A stretch of DNA of 64,000 nucleotides from Lama glama (GCA_028534125.1 CM052817.1:30816001-30880000); one strand, 5' to 3'. Counted from the first letter of the stretch, positions 39,145-52,774 are shown. Notes: a model not told the origin generated them from the letters alone. Numbers and translations are program-made.

Positions 39145-41049
39145 AAAGACCACCCAGATCCACGCACAGAGATAAGAAGGACCTCAAGACTTTCAGTGAT
39201 GGGGCCTTGAGGGAGATGCAGTAGCAGGGAGAGAGAGGATGCTCAGTGGCCCCTGTCTTGAAGAGGCTGAAAATTCAGTGACTGTGAAGACACAGATGTA
39301 GTTCTGACCTGAGCAGAAAGATATCATTTGAAGGAAGCTGACCAGGAACACAGTTTCAGGAGTCAAATCAAAGAAAGCACGAATACCGATGCCTAACATT
39401 TGAGCTTGCTCAGTATTTTCTCTCATGAGTCTCTGTTGTCTCCTAACAATGGAGGGCAGGTCTCCATTCCAGCGGTTAAAAATGCCAGTGTCTAAAACAA
39501 TGCCTGGAGCACTAAGTATTCACCAATTGTTTGTTGAAAGAGTGAGTTCCCAGGGGAACCCATCTTGGGCATTTATGTCCTGGGGGTGGGGAGAGGGTTC
39601 TAAAACACCCTCAAATGAGGGACGATTGTATGGAATTTGGCCTTTATTGTCTACTCAGTGGAAGATAGCCAAAGGGGCTGCCCAGTTCCATATAATGGAC
39701 CCTTATTTTGAGGGTTTTGTCAGATTGGGGCTCTTACTGAGGCTGGATTTATAAGGTAAAAAGGCTTTAAGATCTTCTGAACCTGCCAGTTCAGTCCACA
39801 GTTTAAAAACAGAATCTCTAGGGCTGGGGATAAGCATCACAGTGCTGACTCAGAAGCAAAAGTTCTCGAGTCCCAATCCTTTGTTCCTTCCTAAAGCCAC
39901 ACTGGCTCTGATGAGGCTCTAAAAGCTAATGGAAGATTCCTAGCAATTTAGTAATAATTAAGGCCTTTTTTGTTGTTGTTGTTAAAACAACAGTGCATGA
40001 TGTTTAGTAAAATTGACTTTTTCCATAAGAGAAGTTTAAAATAAATTAGCTATTTCAAGAGACTCGTAGTTGTCAGCAAATTGAAGTGTCATATGCTAAC
40101 TCAAATCACAGTAACGCTCCGCGTTAGTCATTTGACTTCCTTGGGCCCCAGTCCTTTCATCTGTAAAATAAGGAGGTTGAAAAAATAATTATAGCCATGT
40201 TAATAGTTGCCAATGGTCTAGAAACCTATGACTCAATCACTAAAAGCTGGAAGTGTTCTCCTTTTATGATGATAAATCACTTCCTTTCTGCTGTAAATGT
40301 ACTTATAAGGAAATCAAAATTTACTGGATGGCAGTGGAAATTAGTCTGTTACATGGTGCTTTTTAATATTGAACAATGGAAAGTGACAATGCAGTATTTA
40401 TCTGGGAAGTGTCACCCTGGAGACGGACAGATCCAAGGAGGACTTGAGGGACTAGATTAACTTTTGGTATTGACCAGACTAATACTGCGAGCTCTTTGAG
40501 TACATGAACCGTGCTTACGTCATACCTGAAATATAACAGCAGATACTCATGTTCACTGTGAAGGCCTAGTGTTAGACCTTATTTCCAGACACAAGCACAA
40601 CAAGGAAAACTACAGTTACTTACAGACTCTCGGCATTGTATCCATTCTCAACTCTGTTGTAGTTTCAAAGAAGGTTTTCCATGGCAGCGCATTGCTGATA
40701 GTCATAATTATAGCACATTGTATTTTTGGAATATTATATCCAAGTTTCCAGTATCTTTAAGCTCTGTGTATGGAGCATCCTATCTTTTCTGACAATTGCC
40801 TACAAAGTAGTAGGTACTATTAGAGTCTACAAAAATGGAGGAAGCAGGCTGTAAACTTGACTGTGAATTTGGGTTTTGTCCATGGTACTAAAGTTAACTT
40901 ATCTCTCATCTGTCACTAGAGCATCAGGGCCAAGGGCCCTTCTGGTGCTTTTAACAAACTTCCAAGTCTGATATCTCACAACCAGAGCCACTTTACTCCA
41001 CCCTTCAAACACAGTAGTCATCATCTTAGTCCTCGAGGGTGATAAAACT

Positions 41050-42730
41050 GGCTTCTGACACTTCTTTCACTGAGATCACCCAGGACTCTTGTAGATCCAG
41101 GTAACTATTTTTAGTTCTCATTCTGTTAGGCATATTTTAGACATTTACATAGGTATCTATTTTCACCATTATTTGGTTTTTGAGGTAGAACTTTCCTATG
41201 TCTTCTCTTTATTTTATTGCCTATTCCTCATCCTCTAACAATACTTTGACTGTTAATCTTCTCCAGGTTTCCATACCAGCTCTCTTATTTGAGCCATCCA
41301 TGATCACTCACTTTTGTGACTTTAAAAATCACCTTTTTGCTAAAAATTCTTATCTATCATCTAAGCCTCAAACTTGACTACATGTATCTCCATCTGGACT
41401 ACTGGCACACATTTCAGATTCAGCACTTAATGCACATTGTAAGTTCCAAAATGGAACTCTTTTTTTTTTCATAATGTAACACTTCATTTATTAGTGTTAT
41501 TCTTTTTTTAACATTTTTTTATTGATTTATAATCATTTTACAATGTTGTGTCAAATTCCAGTGTTCAGCACAATTTTTCAATCATTCATGGATATATACA
41601 CACTCATTGTCACATTTTTTTCTCTGTGATTTATCATAACATTTTATGTATATTTCCCTGTGCTATACAGTTTAATCTTGTTTATCTATTCTACAATTTT
41701 GAAATCCCAGTCTATCCCTTCCCACCCTCCACCCCCCTGGTAACCACAACAGGTGACTGGATAAAGAAGATGTGGTATATTTATACAATGGAATACTACT
41801 CAGCCATAAAAACTGACAACATAATGCCATTTGCAGCAACATGGATGCTCCTGGAGAATGTCATTCTAAGTGAAGTAAGCCAGAAAGAGAAAGAAAAATA
41901 CCATATGAGATCACTCATATGTGGAATCTAAAAAACAAAAACAAAAACAAACAAACAAACAAAAACAAAGCATAAATACAGGACAGAAATAGACTCACGG
42001 ACAAAATGGAACTCTTAAGCTTCTCCTATGAGCCTGCTCTATCTCCAACACATAACATCTCTGATATTAGTACCCACATCTTTCCTATCTTTCAGATATC
42101 ATCAGACAAACTCAAGTCCTCATAGTATATCCCATGGTTGATCAAATTCTTAAGATTCTACCTCAGAAATGCTTCTCAAATTACTTTTCTTGTCTCCATC
42201 CCTACTTTCTCTGTCATAACTCAGATTATTATCTCCCTTTTTAATTTTTATAATCCTTATCCTCTTCCCATTTTCTCTACTTTCAACAATTCATCATACC
42301 CCTGCCAAAGTCACTGCCCTAAAAAATGAAGGTAATGGCATTACTCTCCTACTTAAAAACCTAACTGAACCTTCAGTAATTTGGAGTAAAATTCTAACAA
42401 ATGCACTTGACATGACTTGACTTGCAATCTGGCCCAACCCATTTCTAACATCATCTTTGCCACTTGGTCAAACATTTAGTACAAACTTCTTTAACTACCC
42501 TTACATATCCAAACTTTTTCAGGATTCTACTTTTTTGAACAAATTCTTTGTTCATGATGCATGCAACTTCTCAACAGAACATTTTCTTATTATTTGAGGA
42601 ATGGTTATTTGCTCCTGTTCTAAGTTCTCAGAGTTTTTTAGTTTGTATATATGTAAGTACCAACTTACCAAATTGTATGGTCATTTCTTCAGTTATGTCA
42701 ACTGACACCACTGAACTGTATTAATTTATC
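41050..42730 (+). mobile_element. Degraded L2 hosting a young L1
   Basis: L2-like motifs on both sides (atctccatctgga...; ttactctcctacttaaaaacct; aatctggccc). Confidence 0.55.
41462..42001 (-). mobile_element. Young 5'-inverted (twin-primed) L1
   Basis: Poly-T plus antisense 3'UTR to ~41749, then sense ORF2 tail (DWIKKMWYIYTMEYYSAIK...ENVILSEVSQ); perfect 15-bp TSD caaaatggaactctt (41447-41461, 42002-42016); TT/AAGA endonuclease-type site. Confidence 0.95.
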
Positions 42731-44803
42731 AATGTCTATGTACAAGATTCTTGACGAATCTAAAAAGTAGAATCTGATATGCAGAACTTTTCAAAAATTA
42801 CATACTAATTACACTTTATGGTATATTAAAAATACTATAGTTTCAAATTGGCATATAGGAAGTTTACTAGACATTTATAGCTTATAAATCTACTATAAGA
42901 GTATTTAATGGCCAGTCAAGAAATTGCATTTAACATTACTAATGCACTCTTGAAGAATAAACTCCATGTCTTCTACGTTTCCCTGAAATATTTACTTTTT
43001 GAAACCTACGTTTGTTACAAAACATTACTTGAATTGTGACCTAATAATAAGAAAATTTTAAACATGGAACATCTTCTTCACAATTTTTAATGGAAGATTT
43101 CCATGGGAGTGATAAATTACTTTAAACGATAACTATGCAGTTGTTCATAAGAACTTAGTAAAGCATAATGCAATGTTTCCTCACTCTAAAATATGGCAGA
43201 AACTCCATCACTTAAGGTTTGCTATGCTTCTCCAAGTTCAAAAGCAAATGGTCTATTTCATTACTTTACTTTATTTTTTTTGAAAGAAGCCCATTTTCTT
43301 CTTTTTGTAAAATGTTTCTTTGCTTTTGCTGTTTTGTAAGACTTTGTTGATGGTAAAATTCCTGCTTTACACTTAAGTTATCTAATTCAGAGCATTTGAA
43401 AGGAAGGAAAAATTCTCCTTTTACCATATTAACATCTCAGATCTGAACATATATTTTGATATGGCCACATGCACAGTTCAAATTCTCCCTTCACTTTATG
43501 AACATGTCCAGATGTGGGCATAAATTTTGACGTTACTGCATTCTTGATTTTCAGTCCATCCTTAAGCAGCAGTAATTGAGATCCATAAATGAGAACTATC
43601 TAGCAGTCAGGTCTTTGGAAACACGGAGCAAAGAACAATTCATTCTGACCAAAGGAAATGGAAGATAAACATTTTAATTTGGAAGAGAATGTAATTAATC
43701 TATATTACTTTATATTAATTGATTAATGCAATAAATATCAAGTCCATTCTAAGATAAATACTCTTTTACCTTCAAAATATTAATATGTGAATGCATAAGC
43801 AGGTGGCAAGAAGAACAAGGAATATAAACGATAGGTAGTTGATGGATGACAGATACCTAGTTAGCTAGATAGCTAGATAGAGAGAGAGAGAGGTAGACAG
43901 CCGAAACTACACAGATGATTGATGAGAGATTGCTTCTTAATTTTACAGAATGTTTTAATATTGTAATAATAGAACCCCAAGATGATGTTAGATTTTTAAA
44001 AATTAGGACAAAATCTTCAATGGAATAAGAATTGAGATTTTAAATGTATTTATTCTTTTATGAGCATTCCAGCAAAATTGCACAGCTGTAGGTAATATTA
44101 TCTCACAGTTTTTGTATAACCGGATATTCATATGGAGAGTAACTAATTTGGATTCATATTTCATATTTTACATTGCAATAAATAACAACAGGATCAAAAA
44201 ACATGTAAACTATTTTGTAAAACAGAGAAGAAAATACAAGAGCATATTTAAATGATACAGAAGAAAGAGAAACTCCAGTCAGAAATGAAGGTTATTAGAG
44301 ACAAAATAGATGTGCCTGTACATAGAAAGGAAACTTTTTTTACTGTAAAATGCAGAATGAAGGAAACATAACAGATAAACATAGCTGATAAATTTTCACT
44401 ATTCAAAGTATGGAGAAAACTGAGATTAATATATATGGTCAATAATGCAATTTGTGTTTAATAAGTGATCAAAAATAGTATATGAATGAGAATACAGAAC
44501 ATTAGGTTATAAATTGCCTATGACAGCATAAACAGAACCAGCTTTTAGAAGTAATAGGGCATTAAAACAGACTCTGAGAATTCACTTATGGCCTTTGTCT
44601 GAATAGCTCTGCTTCAGAAAATATACCTCAAGAGATAAGCTGAGAATGATTAACCAAAAAAATCTGTTTATTCTGAATGAAAAATTGAAGACATTTTAAA
44701 TTCTGAAAAATAGTGGAATAAATGCTATAGCATGAAATAACAAGTATATGAATTATGGCAATGCTAGGAAATGTTTACATAAAATTATAGAGTAAGAGGC
44801 TCA

Positions 44804-45057
44804 TTTGACCAGATGGACTTAACAGATATGTTAAGTTATATAGAACATTTCATCCAAAGCAACAGAATACACATTCTTAAGTGTACGTGGAACATTCTCC
44901 AGGATACATGAGGTCATAAAACAAGTCTTAATAAATTTAAGGCAATTGAAATCATATTAAACATCTTTTCCAATCACGGTGGTATGAAACTAGAAATCAA
45001 TTACAAGAAGAAAACTGGAAAATCCACAAATACATGGTGATTAAGCAACATGAAAAA
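44804..45057 (+). mobile_element. Internal L1 ORF2 endonuclease-region fragment flanked by a TSD
   Basis: gaccagatggacttaacagat...gaatacacattctt...ggaacattctccaggata...gaaactagaaatcaattacaag; TSD atagagtaagaggctca (44787-44803) / atagagcaaaaggctca (45058-45074). Confidence 0.85.
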
Positions 45058-45309
45058 ATAGAGCAAAAGGCTCAATATAAATGTTAACTAAATACCAATT
45101 TTTGGCTATCCTAATTCTTCCCCTAAAAGGGGAAACATGAACTAAAGGATGAGACGTTAAGTCTTCGACTGTAGTGGGAAGAGATTTAGAAACATCAGTT
45201 GGGGTTATAAGTTCATATTCAGGGACCAAATTTGTGGCTCAGACTATTTTGTTTGTTTGGGACAGCCTCTATTTTATTTTGTATCATTTTGTTTTGTTTT
45301 GTCATAAAG

Positions 45310-45920
45310 TATTTTTTTAACTTTTAATTGAGGTATGACATACATACAGTAAAATGCATACAAACAGTAAAGCCAACATGAAATACTCAGCTTGAAGCAG
45401 TTTTACAGGTGTGTACACCCATATATTTACACTCAGATTTAGATAGTGAATATTTTCAACACCCCAGAGTATGCCTTATAACCCTTTCCAAATACTGCAC
45501 CCAAAGTAGTAAAGTCTATTTTGACTTCTAGTGCCATCTATGGTTTCACTGGTTCTTAAACTTTACATAAAAGGGATCATATAGTCATTAACCCTTTACA
45601 TCTATTTTCTTTCAAATCAACATATCTGTGAGAGTCATTCATATTATTGAATGTAACAGCAGTTCATTCTTGTTTGTGGCTGTGTGATATTCCATTTTAT
45701 GAATATTCCACATTATAATGATCCATTTTTCTATTAGTGGACATCTTTGGGTTACTTTCAGGTTTTGGTAATTACAAATAAATCTGCTCTTATAAGTCTT
45801 TTGGTGAACATACATAACCATATCTCTTGGATATTACTTTAGGATGTGCTTAGGGATAGAATGGCTGAGATGAGGGCTAGGTGTATGTGTCACTTTAGTA
45901 GATAATGGCACACTGTTTTA
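45310..45920 (-). mobile_element. Old L1M (L1MC/ME-type) 3' end
   Basis: ttttaattgaggtatgacatacatacagtaaaatgcata...gatattccatt...ggacatctttgggtt; ORF 45639-45821(-) resembles decayed ORF2 tail. Confidence 0.8.
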
Positions 45921-46448
45921 GAGGGAAAAATAAATTAGCAATGGACCTGCCCAGTTAGCATTGGGGCTCATCACTTCTACAGCTTATTTTTTAATATTGT
46001 TTACTTATATTGCTTGATCCAGAAAGGCTTTGAGTTTGCAACTCCTAATAGAAAAAGAACACTGATTCACCTGAAATTATAAGCATCAACTTTTCAGGGG
46101 TAATGACATTGAAGTTTTTCAGTTCAAGAAAAGTGAATTTTTCCAAGAAGAGTCAATCCATCTTCTTGGGAGCAAGGTTACCTCAAAGTCAAGAGCCATG
46201 GTTGTTTCTCATGTTCCCAGTGATGCGCACAGAGTGGCTGCAGTCCTGTGCTCTGGAGCCTTCCTGAGGCAGGTCAGCGCCTGTCCTCACTCTCTGCTCT
46301 GGCACCGCCGATGGCCTTGCTCACACTGTACCGCCATGGGGCTCAGCGCTTAGGCCAAGGCAATCATCTTTGTGCACATTGCTTCTGCAAGGCTCTTTCC
46401 TTTTCTTGTATTTCACTTAATAAAATTAGTCACTACCCATGGCGGATT

Positions 46449-46466
46449 AGCAGCAGCAGCAGCAGC
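46449..46466. repeat. (AGC)6 trinucleotide repeat
   Basis: Read directly. Confidence 0.9.
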
Positions 46467-48863
46467 TCGGCTCCCTTGGATTTACATGCATTTATTCTCA
46501 GTGGAGAGATCAAGAGGCAATTTATTCAGTTCTCGGCTTTGTTAGGAGTTCCCATCATCCGACCCGGGGGCTCTGTCTGAATAGCATGTTTGTGATTATT
46601 TATTATTTGGGATGATGATTCCCCACTTCTGCAGGCAGCTACTGGGAGATCATTTCTAGATTCTAAATTTTTCTAAGCTAGTTTTATCAGAGCAGGAGGG
46701 AGCAAAGAGAATAAAAGGTAAACACTTTAAAAAGTGGGCTAAAATGTCATAAATTTGACTGATCACAGAACACCTCTCTAAGTCTCTATTTTTGCCAAAG
46801 TGACTACCGGGATATTTCTCTGAGTGATAGGAGCTGTGTTTTCAAATAGACTGTATCTATACACTGTGCCTGCAGATTTAATAAATGGGAAATTCAGTTT
46901 CTTAAGAGTGGTGTATTGATCTAAGCCTACAGCTAGAGAAGGGGTGGTCTCTCGGAATGTCTATACCAGGGAAGAGCCAGACGGGAAGGAAAAGGTGATG
47001 GGGCACCTCTCTCCTCTCCTCTTTCAGGTCTGAAGATATTTCTGTAGGGAAAGAGCTGAATCCAGAACCACCAAGTACTAGAATATAAAGGGGCCTCTCC
47101 TTTCACAACTTCAGAATATACGGAAAGGCAGGCAAGTAATTTAAAATGTGGTGCCTTACTCTTCTCACATGTGTGTATAAATAATACCAACCTTGTAGGA
47201 CTTTGGTGGAGATTAGATACGATCAAGCCTTTCGAAGGCGTAGAACGGCACCTGGCACTTAGCATATTCATATTAAATTATAACATTCAATAATATTAAC
47301 TGTCACTGTTACTGTCAATGCCTTTCTTTTCTTCTTTCCTCATCCTATTCCTGTTCCTCCTTTTCCTGCCTCCAGTTCCTACATAAAAGAATCAAAAATC
47401 ATACATACTCATTAAAATGGTCTATTTGACTAAAAAGAGCCACAGAAAATCCAGATATAGAGAATGTAGCTTTTTTTTGTATATAAGGAATCAGCATTCC
47501 CCATATCCCTTGCAAATCAGCTTCAGATTTTTGCAATTCAGAAAGCTATTACTTTGCTTCTTATGTTTTAACTCTACAGCATCATTTATGGTTTTACAGG
47601 TTATCTTTCTAGTGAAAGGAACTGAAAATCCGTGAACAGTGATTTCTTGTGGTGGGTGGCAACAATGGAGTGTTCATGCCGAAAATGACTTTTTTTTTTC
47701 CGAAAGTAATTTGGGCTTAGAGGCAAAGTGCTAAAATGTTGTAGGATGGGGTTGATATTTTCATTCCTTTTCTTTTCCTTTAGAGTGTGCTAGCCAATTC
47801 AAGGGATTACTGTGTGCTAGCATTGACTAATGACGGGAATGTTGGGTTGTGTGGCCTTGCCCACTGTCCTGTGGGAGAAGACCACATGTGTCTTCACCTG
47901 ACTGTGAGGTTAGCAGACTGGCACAGCTTGACCCTCCATATACTCCAGGCTTACATCACTCTTCTAGAAAAACTTCCAGCAATGTTCATTGCTTGGTCCC
48001 CCTACTGGAAAATTGACAAACATCATCTTACCTTCTCTTACATGCTGGAAGCAAGCTGTCCTCCAGCAAGGGCTTATCCTCATCCACACAGTGCGACCCA
48101 GGTGCTTCTGAGCTTTGCCTCCAACTCTCACTTTTGGCCCATGACACATGAAATTATGAAGATACTTGTTAATATTTAGCACATGACTTGTTTCCCTTGA
48201 TTATGCAAAGGGATAGAGATTTCAGGTCTGGGTCATTAAGAGTTTTAAATCTAGAATTGTCTGTAAGAAGTTTCAGAGGTTAGATTCATTTAAAATTTTT
48301 CCCTGCATCTAGTACACTGAAATGTAAAATGCACTATTTTCTGATATAACTAGTAATAAAAATGTATCAAGTGGCCAGTATTAAAATTTTTAAGATAGTC
48401 TATCATTCTTGCTTTACAAATTTTAAGTACTCAGTTACTCAGAGAAAGAGTATGAGATGCTGATGTTCAATTATTCATCATGTACAACAGTCACATAAGG
48501 AATTGACAGTCTTCCTGCTCCCTGGAAAACTTTTTAGGGAGTCTAAATGTTTATAAAGAATTGGAGCAGTGGAGGGAGAAGGATTTACCCATTTCCAGGA
48601 AATCAGGAAAGTTGAAGGCTGGTTTCACCAGGCAACCATCCACAGACACAATAGTCAATAATATGGCACTGTTTTGTGAGACCGAATGAAATGCTACAGT
48701 GTACTAAAAGGAAAGCAGTTGACAAGGTCTAAAAAGTGATGATAGAAAATTCCTAAATAGTTAGAGCATCCTACCAAGGTACTGTGTTCAGTTTTAAATC
48801 ACCATGGTTTTTATATTTGGGAGAATGAGAAGCATTGTCCATGCTATGGTCAAAAGACAAGAC

Positions 48864-48939
48864 AAGGAAGGAAGGAAGGAAGGAAGGAAGTGAGGGAGGA
48901 AGGAAGGAAGGAAGGATAGAATGGAGGGAGGAAGGAAGA
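48864..48939. repeat. (AAGG)n purine microsatellite, interrupted
   Basis: Read directly. Confidence 0.95.
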
Positions 48940-49109
48940 GTCTTGGAAGAATATCTGAGAAACTATTAGTAATTGCCTTTGCTTTTAATTGTACTCATTT
49001 CTTTATTATTCAAATTCCTTACCATGTCCACCTACACTTTTAATGAAAATTTAAAAATGGGAGATTTTTAGAAATCACTTGGAGATTCTCAAAGACAATG
49101 TCTTAGCAA

Positions 49110-49360
49110 AAATAATAATAATAGCAAACACTTTTATAATGCTTATGTACCAGACAGTATAGTCAATATACATTGACTATTTAATCCTCACAATAACCTC
49201 AAGAAGTAGAAAAGATCATTATCTCCATTTTATATATGAGAAAAGTGCTGTACAAAGAAGCTAAATAACTTGCTTCCAGTCACACTCCTGGGAAGCTGGG
49301 AAACCATGATTTGAAGCCAAGACTTGTAGCTCCAGGTTCTGGGCTCTTGAGCCAGTGTAC
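49110..49360 (-). mobile_element. MIR
   Basis: tttaatcctcacaataacct...tatctccattttata.atgagaaaa...gatttgaagcca. Confidence 0.8.
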
Positions 49361-50939
49361 TATAAAGTAATGAAGGTAAGTCTGAGGGTGATTTTTAGCC
49401 TTATGCATGTGAGGAATTTTAAAGGGAAGGATAGTTTATTAGCTGTTTTTGTCTGCAGAGAACCCCATTTGTAATACATGAACTCTAATTAAAGCAGAAA
49501 GCAATGAGTTTTATGTATAAGAGAATTTGATGATCAGTTGAAGAAACTTTGAAGTGGCAAGCCAAGAAGGTGACTTTGAAAACATGACTTTTTTATTATT
49601 AAAAATACATCTGTAAAGTAATTATGATAATTAAACTGCCCAGCTTCACGTTTGCTGTTGTCTTTTTTGGGATGTAATGTCTCTTGTCCTCTAATTCCAT
49701 TTCCTTATTCTTATTTACAAATTGTTTCCCTCCAATGATCAAGTATATTCAAATGCCTTAAGGAATAATATCTTGAACACTACCTACCGTACTTTATTAC
49801 AGAAACAATTTCACTTGATTGGTCCCATTACTCCTGCAAGGATGAAATTAAGATAATTAAATAAAACATATAAAAAGAATCATTAAGGTAACCTATGTGA
49901 AGTACATACAAGAAAACTAATAAGGAGATTTTTGAAGCTCAATTTTTTAGGGCACAGTTTTCTAGTATGTAAGGAAAAAGCTATAATAGTCATGTTTTCC
50001 AAAAAAAGTGTCATAATGAAATTTCTTTAGTAAAATTGCTAATGGACTGGTAATTGTATACTTTATTGAATATACTGGTACTTCTCATTAATGTGACCCA
50101 TAAAATGAATAGTGTCTCTGACTTCATTGAGATTGGAGTAGTAAATGAGCTCAGAAGGCTTACAAATAAAACCATTGGCTATTGCACTGACAGTAGGGGG
50201 CACCTTATTTTAGAAATAAGTAAAGTGTTGAAAGTGGTTATTTTGTGTGATAGATCATTTTCTCTTCTAGTTGTGTCTAGAGCCTGTGATCAAGAAGGTT
50301 GATTCCTGCCATTTCTGCACCAGAGAATCCCCCTGCCCTTAGTGAGAAATAAAATTAGGAGAGTCTTTCTTGGTAACCCTGATATTCCCTACCCCCATCC
50401 CATTATATATTCACCAGGTCTATAGAGTCTTACCTGACATTTTTCTCTTGCTGGAATATATATGATACATGATGTTCCCTCTCCCACAAAATGGATTGTA
50501 ATTTTTGACAATATTTTGCCCAATATCTGTATCACTAACCTCTCTCTCTCTCTTCCCTTTATAAAAGCATATTGAAATGTAAGAATCTGAGAGAGATACT
50601 ATTTTATAGATAACCTTGAGCCCTTCTCAATGTATGTGTGAATAAGTCATAAATAAAGTTTATTATTTTAAATATTTCTGTAGCAAACCTTGCAAGTAAT
50701 CAGTTTGAAAGTCTAGTTGGTCATGACACTATGGAAGAGAATGGACACAGCCTACATCATAAAGTCTGCCATTTACCTAGTGAGCAACTGGAACTATACG
50801 CCATTGACTACAAGAGAACAATGCTCTCTTTTCTCTCTCTACTTTGCTTGAATTAAAAAGGAAAGCTTTGAAAGAAAAACAGAGGCAATTGCTTTCCTTG
50901 TCTTTCAAAGATAATATGATGTCTAAATATCTGATCTTG

Positions 50940-51052
50940 GAGGTCAAACATGCCTGAATTCCAGTCCTGGCTCTGCTGCTTGTTAGATTTGTAATTCTGA
51001 ACAAGTTACATAACCCCTTTGAGCTTCAGTTTCTTCATCTATAAAATGAGGC
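50940..51052 (+). mobile_element. MIR core
   Basis: tgaacaagttacataacccctttgagcttcagtttcttcatctataaaatgag. Confidence 0.85.
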
Positions 51053-51419
51053 CAATTAAATAGAGTTCAAACCATTAAAACTGTTATTTGTAAGAGAAGC
51101 AGTAGTTATTCATCACTGTCTGGCATGTTTTCAGAAGAAACCTGATTACATAATAGCTCCTTCCTTTCTCCTAACAAATGTTATCAATCCTTCTGAATAA
51201 ATATTTGTACAAAACTACTTTCTTAAAATGTTACCATAAAAGTTAAGTTCATTTTTTTCAAACATGGGTATTATCTGAATAAATAATTATTTTGGTTCAA
51301 GGAAACTTACATTAATTTGTTACCAACCAATCAACAAGTCAATCCTGGAGTCTTTGATGCCTGAAATAAGTCTTAGAGATGAAACAAGCAGAATGAACAT
51401 TCCAGAAAGAGATTACTAA

Positions 51420-51590
51420 TATGACTGTGCACCAGAATCATCTGAATGGCTTGTTAAAACACAGATTGCCAGGCCTCTTCTCCAGAGTTTCTGGTTTAAT
51501 AGATTTCAGACAGAGACCAAAAATTTGCCATTCTAACACTCTGTAGTTGATTTTAATGCCGCTGGCCTGGAACGACACTGAGAGCCACTG
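51420..51590. mobile_element. MER5A-like hAT-Charlie element
   Basis: cagaatcatctg...gcttgttaaaacacagattgc...cagagtttctg...tgagagccactg. Confidence 0.75.
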
Positions 51591-52295
51591 GAATAGGATG
51601 ATGTATTGAAGGACTGCTGGGATTGTGGTTTGTTATTGATGAAGCAGTGCAATGAGCACATAGCCAGAAATGGACCAGGGAAGAAAGGACCCAGATCATC
51701 AAACAACTTGGACACGTACTGAGATTGGTGTAAGTTTAGTCCAAGGCCCAGTTTAAAAGGATCAGTATTGTAGGAATGGAATGGGGAATGGAGAGCTGGA
51801 AGCCTCACTGGCTGGTTGAGCAGTGGGTGTAATAATCCAATGCAGAGATGATGGAGGCTTGAGTTCAGTTAGAGTGAGATTAAGATCAAATAAAACAATG
51901 TATGAGGTAAAAGGATGGAAGGAGCATACTTTGAAGATGCTTTTCAAGGACTCACAATGGACTCATGATCTATAATAAACCATTTTAACTACAGTTTTAC
52001 TAACTGTATACTACAATTTTTGAATTATTTTATATATTTAAATCCCTAATAAAATAGAACAGGTTTGAAAAATTCATTAGGTTCCAATCAACTACTGACC
52101 ACTTTGGTAACCTTTATCCATTGGTAAAAATTCACAAAGGATAAGAATGATAGTTAACATGCATGCAGGGCTTGCTTTGCACTAGGTACTGGACCACATC
52201 CTCTAAGTATTTTAATTCTCACCACACTCTATAATGTAGGTACTATAGTTAGTTAGCTCCATGTTATAGACCATGACTCAGAGTAAATCATTTGC

Positions 52296-52774
52296 TGTTT
52301 CAGATTCTTCCATTTGCCCCTCCAAATCTACTTTCCATTTTTTTTCCACCTGCTTTCTGCCCCAGGAAACTGACCTATATGGACAAGTTTCCAGTTGGAT
52401 GTAGCCAATGGGAGAAGCTAGCAGGCGACTAGAGGTAGGGAACAGAGTGAGGTCAAGTGTTATTTCCTCCTTGTATGTTGTCTTACACTGGCTATGTTCC
52501 TCAACGAAATGTCACAGATCCTCTGTGTGTAGCCCTGTCTACACAGCTTTCTCCTTCCTGGTACCAGGAACCAACTCTTCCCCTCTTCCCTTCGGGTTTA
52601 GGGGTCGTATCAGCTCTTCTGTTACCAGGACAGGGGTACTACGCTATCCCTTGTGGTCTCCTTATAAGCCGCTTACACTTTTAAAATTAGTCCTTTTATG
52701 AAATTCTCATCAAATGATTCTACTCTGAGCTTTAAGTGTGCTATCTCTTTCCCACTGGAACCCTGACTGATAAA
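52296..52774 (+). mobile_element. LTR33-like ERVL solo LTR nested in a MIR
   Basis: ccatttgcccctccaaatct...gaaccctgactgata; TSD-like tttgc/attgc; MIR halves at ~52150-52290 and ~52780-52850. Confidence 0.75.

Noticed and set aside
41548..41931. 127-aa ORF with a recognisable protein-like C-terminus
   Set aside because: Chimera of antisense L1 3'UTR and L1 ORF2 tail across an inversion junction; not a host gene
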